Assembly: GCA_963844715.1 (NCBI GenBank)
Contig: CAWJPJ010000006.1
Span: forward strand, 864,001-928,000
Length of the DNA stretch: 64,000 bases
Direction: 5' to 3'
Source of the DNA: an uncultured Phycisphaerales bacterium
Lineage (GTDB): Bacteria > Planctomycetota > Phycisphaerae > Tepidisphaerales > Tepidisphaeraceae
Within the stretch, counting starts at the first letter, position 1. The number at the start of each line of letters is the position of its first letter. The position numbers were made by a program, and so were the translations under genes. The notes beneath the pieces are model-generated. The model saw only the letters and a list, made by a program, of their open reading frames with translations. It was not told where the DNA came from and did no database searches. This document shows positions 58,094 to 64,000 of the stretch, one piece after another.

Positions 58094-58178
58094 CCGGCAG
58101 TGGCGGAACTGGCAGACGCTCTGGATTGTCAATCCAGTGATCCACAAGATCGTACGGGTTCGAATCCCGTCTCCCGGA
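58094..58178 (+). tRNA. Non-canonical tRNA: Leu-type class II body with GUC (Asp) anticodon
   Basis: Acceptor CCGGCAG/CTCCCGG (one C:C mismatch), A73; D arm GCGGAACTGGCAGACGC; anticodon arm CTGGA-TTGTCAA-TCCAG; long variable arm TGATCCACAAGATCGT; T arm ACGGG-TTCGAAT-CCCGT; no encoded CCA; followed by T6. Confidence 0.82.
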
Positions 58179-58224
58179 GCTTTTTTCGTTTGACTTATGC
58201 CAAATCCGCGTCGATAACATTGTT

Positions 58225-58278
58225 ATCTTGTGGATCACTGGATTGCAGCCCCAGATTGACACCTGGGGCTAATTTATT
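58225..58278 (+). ncRNA. Putative small antisense RNA to the upstream tRNA
   Basis: 58225-58245 is the exact reverse complement of 58130-58150. Hairpin AGCCCCAG-ATTGACAC-CTGGGGCT has a loop complementary to the anticodon loop. Candidate -35 TTGACT at 58190-58195. Confidence 0.55.
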
Positions 58279-58311
58279 GGTCACGCCTGCCCTCCGCCGT
58301 CCCCATCAAGC

Positions 58312-61300
58312 TTACTTGTCATCCCCATCGCTCAGCACTCGATCCACGGTCGTCGTAATCGTATTGAAGCTCGTCGCCGAAACTTTCGGCTGCTGAATCG
58401 TTCCGCTGACGTGGATTCTGAGCAGTTCCTGCTTGGCCCCGTAGATCAGCGGCCCGAGGACGGGAAGGCTGACCAGCGTGGGGTTATCCGTCACAAACCA
58501 GAGGCTCACTCGCTTGGCCGCGAAATCGAGCTGGCCGTTGCCGTTCATCGTCATGTCCTTGCTCTTGAGGATGATTTGATCGAAGACGACCTGTTGGCCG
58601 TCGATGGCGTAGCGCGTGGTGGCCTCGGCGAAGGGGCTGCTGAGGGGAAGGGAGAGATTGGTGATCTGGAGCAGGCCTAGGAGGATGGGGAGGTTGTACA
58701 TATTTTCGCCGGTGACGCGGACGTCGCCGTGGCCGCGGCGGCTGGTGGGATCGCCGAGGGTGCCGTCGAGATTGAGCGAGGCGGTCAGCTTGCCGCTGAC
58801 GCCCTGGTTCTCCGGGGCGGCAAGTTGCGCGACATCGGCGTCGCGAAGAACCAGGCCGAAGTCGTACCGGCCGGGCGAGGTGTCCTGATCGTTGTCGGAG
58901 TAGCTGAATTGCCCGCTCCCACTGAGATCGCCGCCGGCGAAATCGCCGCCGAAGCGCGAGATCTCGATGACCGGATCATCCGCCGGTTTGGCGATCATCG
59001 CCGAGAAATTTTGCGCAGGGCGTCCGGCCAGAAGGAGATTGTCGGCGGATAGCTGCATGCCAAGCCGGTGCAGCTTTCCGTCGCGCACCAATCCCGCGAC
59101 ATCCATCGCGCCCGTGGCGCCCGCGATGGGGAGGCCGATGTCCAGATTCGCGCCTAGAAGGCTGACCTTGGCGGCAAAGTCGATGTCCGGGCCGTGCCGC
59201 GTCCGCCGAGCCCGGACGGTAAGCCAACCGTGAGAAGTCCAAGCCGACCGAGCCGGTGAGTTTCAACGTCTTAATAATGTCGGATACCGTTTCAGGTACG
59301 GCGGCGATGGCGTCCGCGTCGAGCGGAACAGGGTCCGCGGTCAATTTCAATACCCATTCCGGATGCTCGCCGAGATCTCCTTCGCCCGTGACGGCAAGCG
59401 CCGATTTGCCGTGATGCGCGGTGATTTGCTTGAGCAACACTTTGGTCGGGGAGACGCTTAAAAGCCCATGCACGTCGTCCATCCGATATGGAAAAATCTG
59501 CGGCTTCACCGAAAGCTGAACGGGGTGAATCTGCAAATCGAGCTTTTCATCCGGGTCGGGTGCGCCGCTGAGCGCGGAGGCATATTCAACAGTCGCGTTT
59601 ATGCTTCCCTGCGGCTGGATCTCGTCCCACGCCTGTTTGGCCGGATCGGGCAACGCGGCGTACAGTGCCGGTTCCAGGGGAACATTTTCCGCGATGGCGG
59701 AAAGCATGATCCGCGGAGGCCGGGCCGACGGTTCGCCTGGCGCGGGAGCGCTCCATGCGATGGAGAGATGTCCCGCGATGTCCCCGGTGCCGCGTTTGGC
59801 GGTCATGTCCGTCAGCACGAAACTCGTCGGGGTGATTCGCATCTGGGCGCTGATCCCGGAAAGCGCGTAGGCATTTCCCAACGGCCAGAGAGCGCCATTG
59901 TGCAAATGGGCGTTGAACAGAAAATCGACGTTGGGATTGGGCGAGTTGTCCTGCACTTTGGAGGGCGTCACATTGCCTTCCACCTCGATCAACCCGGTCG
60001 CTCCCACGGCGACGAGCCAATCGCGCTCGGCGGCGGGCAGAGCGCCTTTTAATTCGTCATCGAGCGGAAGATTTCTGGCAACGACGTGCAAATTCGGCCC
60101 CACCGGCTGGGTCGTCGCCGGTCCGTGATTGGATTTCCAGGTGATCCGGCCATTGATATCGACCGACGCGGTGCCGCGGCGCATGGCGATATTCTTCAGA
60201 TCGACAAAGCGATCGTGAACTTCCAAACGGCCCGTCACGTGACTCATGGGATAAGGGAAGAAGACAAGCGTACCGGCGGCATCCTTGAGATCGACGTCAG
60301 TCGTGAAGTCGAAACGCCGGTGCTGGCCAGGCTGACGCTCGATATGGCAAACGACGTCCGCGCGGAATTGCGGGAGCGCCGCCGGTGCCGTCGGGATCGA
60401 AAAGGCGCAGCGCCCGGTCAACCTGAGGGGGCATTGCCGTGCGCAGAGCCGGCTCGCTGGCGATGTCCTTGGCGCTGACGTCCAGCCATATTCCGGCCAC
60501 TTGATCGAGGGGGCCAATGAATCCGTTGATGGTAACAGTCGAATTCGCGTTGGGGCCGTCTTTCAACCCGTAACCGGTGACGCCGAGCACGCGGATTCCG
60601 TCCATTTTCGTAAGTGGATCGTGCCCGATGAGGATTTCGCCCGTCGCGTCGCAGAGCGGATAGGGAAAGTCGGCGAATTTGAATTGCCCGTCGTGGATAT
60701 CGATCGCGCCGACCACCGCCGGGCGCGCGCCGGCTTCGCCGCGATTGAGCGTGACCGACACGCTGCACGTCCCCTGCGGATGCAGGCGCTCGTAAATCTC
60801 CTGAACCTCCGGCGGCAAAGACCCGGCGTAGGTGGGCGACCAGGCGGGGATTTCCAAATCGTGCCCCGGCATGGACGAGACCGTCAGCTTCGCCGCGGCG
60901 TCGGGGGAATAGCCGTGGATGATGCCGTCGAGATCGAACCAGTTGTTTTCAAGGCGGCCGTTGATGCCGTTGAGGGTCAGATCATCCTGAGTGAACACGA
61001 GCGTCCCGGAAACCTGCCGGAGATGCACCGGTTGCGGTGTGCTCAGGCGGCGCAGGGAATCGATGACATCCTGCGTGATCCATTGTCCGGGCTGGAGAGA
61101 GTCCAACAACGCGTGGAATTTCCGCACGTTTTCATTTTGCCGGCGGCTCATCCATTCCTCGGGGCTGACGGCCAGTTCGACGCTGCTGAGAGAAATTTCC
61201 ATGCGGAAGGAGGGTTGCTCGCCGGGCTTGCCGGGCGTGAAATACATTTCCGGCACGTCGATGCGTCCCTGGAGCTGGTGGCGTTCGCACCATTCTCGCG

Positions 61301-62051
61301 GCTCGGTGAAGAGCATCGTTTTGATGTCAGGACCGAAAGTGAAGTTGCGCAGGCGGGCAAACGAGACGCCGCCGTCGGTGCGGATGGTTCCTTCGACGCT
61401 GGGTCCGATGGATTCGCGGCCGCGGCTTTGAAACTGGAAGTCGTACTGGTCCGACTCCTCGCCGGGGGAGAGGGAGCCTTCGAGGCTGTACCAGCCGATG
61501 GTCTGGGTGTGATTGTTGCGCATCTCCAGGTAAGCGACCTGGGCGTCGCGGAGGATGATCTGGGGAAGAACGGGCGGCCCGTTGGCAGCGCTCTTGTCGT
61601 GGCGGGGAGGAACGCCTTTGCCGTGCCAAAGGCGCTGATAATTCCAGCGGTGGGTCTGGGCGTCTTCGACGAGAATGACCGTGGGTTCGATGGCGACGAT
61701 CTGCGTGCCGGAGATTTTGCCGGCCAGCAATTCGAAGGGATTGTATTTGATCAGCAGCGTCTGCGCGTGAAAGACCGTGGCGTCGGGAGTGGGCGGGCCT
61801 TCTACGCGGACGGTCACGTCGTCGAGGCGCAGCCCTTCAAAGATGGAGAGGCTAGCGCGGCGGATTTGGACGTCGCCCCCGAGGAGATCGGAAAGGTAGC
61901 TTTCCGCCATGGCGCGGACGCGTTTTGCGTCGGTGATCCAACCGTAGCCGAGGATGACGACGCACAAGCCGACCAGGACGGAGAACATGCACTTGCGGCG
62001 GATGGGGGAGCAGCGCGGCGCAGGGGTGCTTGGGCCGCCAGGTGCGGTCAA
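58312..62051 (-). CDS. Large AsmA-like / YhdP-TamB-like envelope protein (two frameshifts)
   Basis: N-terminal TM anchor, long beta-rich repeats (FPYP...TG.I), AsmA-like C-terminus (GNGQLDF...LLRIHVSGTIQQP). Pieces 60297-62051, 58976-60517, 58312-59106. Confidence 0.78.
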
Positions 62052-62085
62052 ACAGGCGGTCGGGATTCGCCAGGCTCCAGGCCAT

Positions 62086-63390
62086 TTAGACTAGGACCGG
62101 GAATTTGGTGCGGATGGGACTGCGGCTCAGCGCGCTGGCCGCCAGAATCGCCATCGGCGGTTGGGCGGGGAGCAGATAACGCAGCGACCCGACCGATAAC
62201 CCGGCAGCCACCGTAAAATATATGGCCGGAATCAACAAGTACATTTTTGACGCCCGCGACAGGGTTATTCGCTTCAAACCGACGATCAGGAGCAAATCCA
62301 CCGGCAGGCTGAAGCAGAGTCCGACAAGAACGTATGCTCGACGACTGCCATATTGATCGCTCAATGGGATGGGGCTCCAGGTTCGCCCGATCTTCTTGAC
62401 GGCAAGCGACGCCGCCTGCCACGGATTTTGCCGCATCCATTCATCGGCTTTTTCGAGGAAGTAGCGGGATCGGGCCGGTTCGGTCGTGTCTTGCAGAAAC
62501 GGCATCGACTTCACGAAGCTCTGATCGCTGGCGCCCGTGGCGTCGGGATTGAACCCGTCGTAGCGGGTGATCCCGGCGTTAGTCGTGGTCCAGATCCATT
62601 CCTTGAGCTGGAGCCGATTGCGAGCCGCCCAGGGGAAGAGGACGATTCCGATCAGCACAAGCATTGTAGCCGCGACGGGAAGCGGGAGGCGCGGACGTTC
62701 GCTGGGAATGACGACGGCGGCTGCGCCGGCGAGGAAGACCGGAAGCAAAAGTGCCCCCGGGCGGACAAGGAGGGACAGGGCCAGAAGCAACCCGCCGCCA
62801 AGCCAGGCGAGCAATCTTCCCCTTCCAACCGGCCAGGGACCGCCGCTGATAATGAGCAGGCACATGCCCCAGGCAAGCATCGCGGTGAAAAGCGTTTCAC
62901 TGAGGATCAGGCCGGTAAAGAAAATCAGGAAGGGATTCACCGCGACGATGAGCGCCGCAATGACGGGAACCCATTGCATTCTTGGTGACGATTCCGCCGG
63001 CGGGAAAATTCGCGGGGGAAGTTTCTTGGCCAAAAGATAAATCGCCAGGACGGTTGTGGCATCGAGAGAGCGCTGCACCATGCGCACAATCTTCGGCCGG
63101 GCCTGGCAGAGGGCGATCAGGGCGGGATAGCCGGGCGTGCGATATGCGAAAACCGGCGCGAGAAAACGCTCGTCGATAAACCAAAGGCCCTGGTGATCGT
63201 GAAGATGCTGGCCGAGTTCCAGATATTCACTCTGATCCGGCAAATTCGAAAGAGCCGCCGGATCGCTTGGCTGGCGCAAACCCCACCCGACGCGAACCGC
63301 CAGACCGGCCAGGAGAATAAGTATAACGAGCGTCTTTTCGATGCCGCGACTCACGCATAAACGGTACCACGTACCTAAGTTCAAGACCAA
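62086..63390 (-). CDS. ArnT/PMT-like (GT-C) membrane glycosyltransferase
   Basis: DQSEY, AYRTPGYP, ILSETLF, LVRP, PWAARN, SLRYLLP; many TM helices. Start uncertain. Confidence 0.8.
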   Translation of the reverse strand: MVLNLGTWYRLCVSRGIEKTLVILILLAGLAVRVGWGLRQPSDPAALSNLPDQSEYLELGQHLHDHQGLWFIDERFLAPVFAYRTPGYPALIALCQARPKIVRMVQRSLDATTVLAIYLLAKKLPPRIFPPAESSPRMQWVPVIAALIVAVNPFLIFFTGLILSETLFTAMLAWGMCLLIISGGPWPVGRGRLLAWLGGGLLLALSLLVRPGALLLPVFLAGAAAVVIPSERPRLPLPVAATMLVLIGIVLFPWAARNRLQLKEWIWTTTNAGITRYDGFNPDATGASDQSFVKSMPFLQDTTEPARSRYFLEKADEWMRQNPWQAASLAVKKIGRTWSPIPLSDQYGSRRAYVLVGLCFSLPVDLLLIVGLKRITLSRASKMYLLIPAIYFTVAAGLSVGSLRYLLPAQPPMAILAASALSRSPIRTKFPVLV

Positions 63391-63566
63391 TTGACCGCGA
63401 AGACGGCCTGGTGGACTCCGAACGCGAAGATAAAAAGAGATTTAACCACGGATTTCGCGGATGACACGGATGAAATGCGGAGCTCATTTTTTTGATCTTC
63501 ATCCGTGCAATCCGCGAAATCCGCGGTTAATCGCTTTCTTCGGGCTCTCGGCGGGTTCGCGGTAAA
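63391..63566. repeat. Palindromic element family B, copy 3
   Basis: GACTCCGAACGC...TTAACCACGGATTTCGCGGATGACACGGATGAA / TTCATCCGTGCAATCCGCGAAATCCGCGGTTAA; closely similar to 48321-48495. Confidence 0.8.
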
Positions 63567-63597
63567 AAATTCCTATTCCGGTTAGAATTCCGATTGG

Positions 63598-64000
63598 ATG
63601 CAAGCCCTTCAGGTTTGGGAAAATAGATTGAGCGCTCTGGCCGCCGCGGTCGAGGCGCTGCGTGCGCGGGCGAGCGGGCAGGCGTCTGCGGTTGCGCGAT
63701 GGCAGGCCGATGCCCAAGCGGGGATTTTTCATCTTCAGCGCGATTCTCAAGCGTCTTTGATTGTCTGCCTGCTGGGGGGGACCGGGACGGGGAAGAGCAC
63801 GGTTTTGAATCGGCTTCTTGAGGCGGATCTTTCCGCGGCGGATTTTCGGCGGACGTTTACGGCTGGGGCTGTCGCGGCGGCGGGGAAGGCGGACGAGGTG
63901 CCTTCGCAGTGGCTCGGGTTGCCGCGAGTGATCGCCGAGCAGACGCCGGCGCGGGGGCAGGCGGAGTTGCTGACGGTCGTCATCTCAGCCAACGAGCTTT
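63598..64000 (+). CDS. P-loop GTPase (dynamin/Era-like), 3'-truncated by window edge
   Basis: Hand-translated open frame MQALQVWEN...LIVCLLGGTGTGKSTVLNRLL...FRRTFT (Walker A). Absent from the ORF track because it runs off the end. Confidence 0.75.
   Translation, partial: MQALQVWENRLSALAAAVEALRARASGQASAVARWQADAQAGIFHLQRDSQASLIVCLLGGTGTGKSTVLNRLLEADLSAADFRRTFTAGAVAAAGKADEVPSQWLGLPRVIAEQTPARGQAELLTVVISANEL

Noticed and set aside
58094..58178. Ordinary tRNA-Asp, tRNA-Sec, tmRNA or allo-tRNA
   Set aside because: Long variable arm, A73 and A38 contradict tRNA-Asp; the anticodon is not UCA; there is no tag ORF; stems are the standard 7/5.
58130..58245. tRNA-derived repeat as an attL/attR prophage or island boundary
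   Set aside because: The 21-nt copy is inverted rather than direct, lies only 75 nt away, and no integrase is present.
57956..58396. Short ORFs over the tRNA module (e.g. 58032-58262, 58100-58396) as peptide toxins
   Set aside because: No RBS or hydrophobic toxin character; the shared NPVIHKI peptide simply reflects the inverted repeat.

Overview
A 64-kb, GC-rich bacterial chromosomal window, most likely from a Planctomycetota member. The evidence is a PVC-signature small basic protein, planctomycete-type Zn-ribbon/FHA/PA14 proteins and a BBP2 porin; class-level placement (Phycisphaerae-like) is inference only. More than 20 genes are broken by single-base frameshifts, which looks like uncorrected long-read error rather than real pseudogenisation. 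Content is mostly housekeeping: nadA, metF, rtcB, pepA, a cyclophilin, SRP RNA, nadK, trpE, clpS, motAB, lgt, pabB, an EmrAB-type pump and an AsmA-like protein. It also holds a cluster of four glutamine synthetases covering all three classes (2x GSI, GSII, GSIII) around an ACT-domain GlnE-like adenylyltransferase, an intact IS5-family element, a RAYT transposase flanked by palindromes, and several families of intergenic palindromic or short tandem repeats. The most striking feature is a ~300-bp protein-free module at 57,980-58,280. It has a tRNA with a leucine-type (class II) body but an Asp (GUC) anticodon, followed by a putative ~50-nt RNA carrying a perfect 21-nt antisense to that tRNA and a hairpin loop (AUUGACA) complementary to its anticodon loop. 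This is a candidate RNA-only 'miscoding tRNA / anti-tRNA' toxin-antitoxin or translational-control system.
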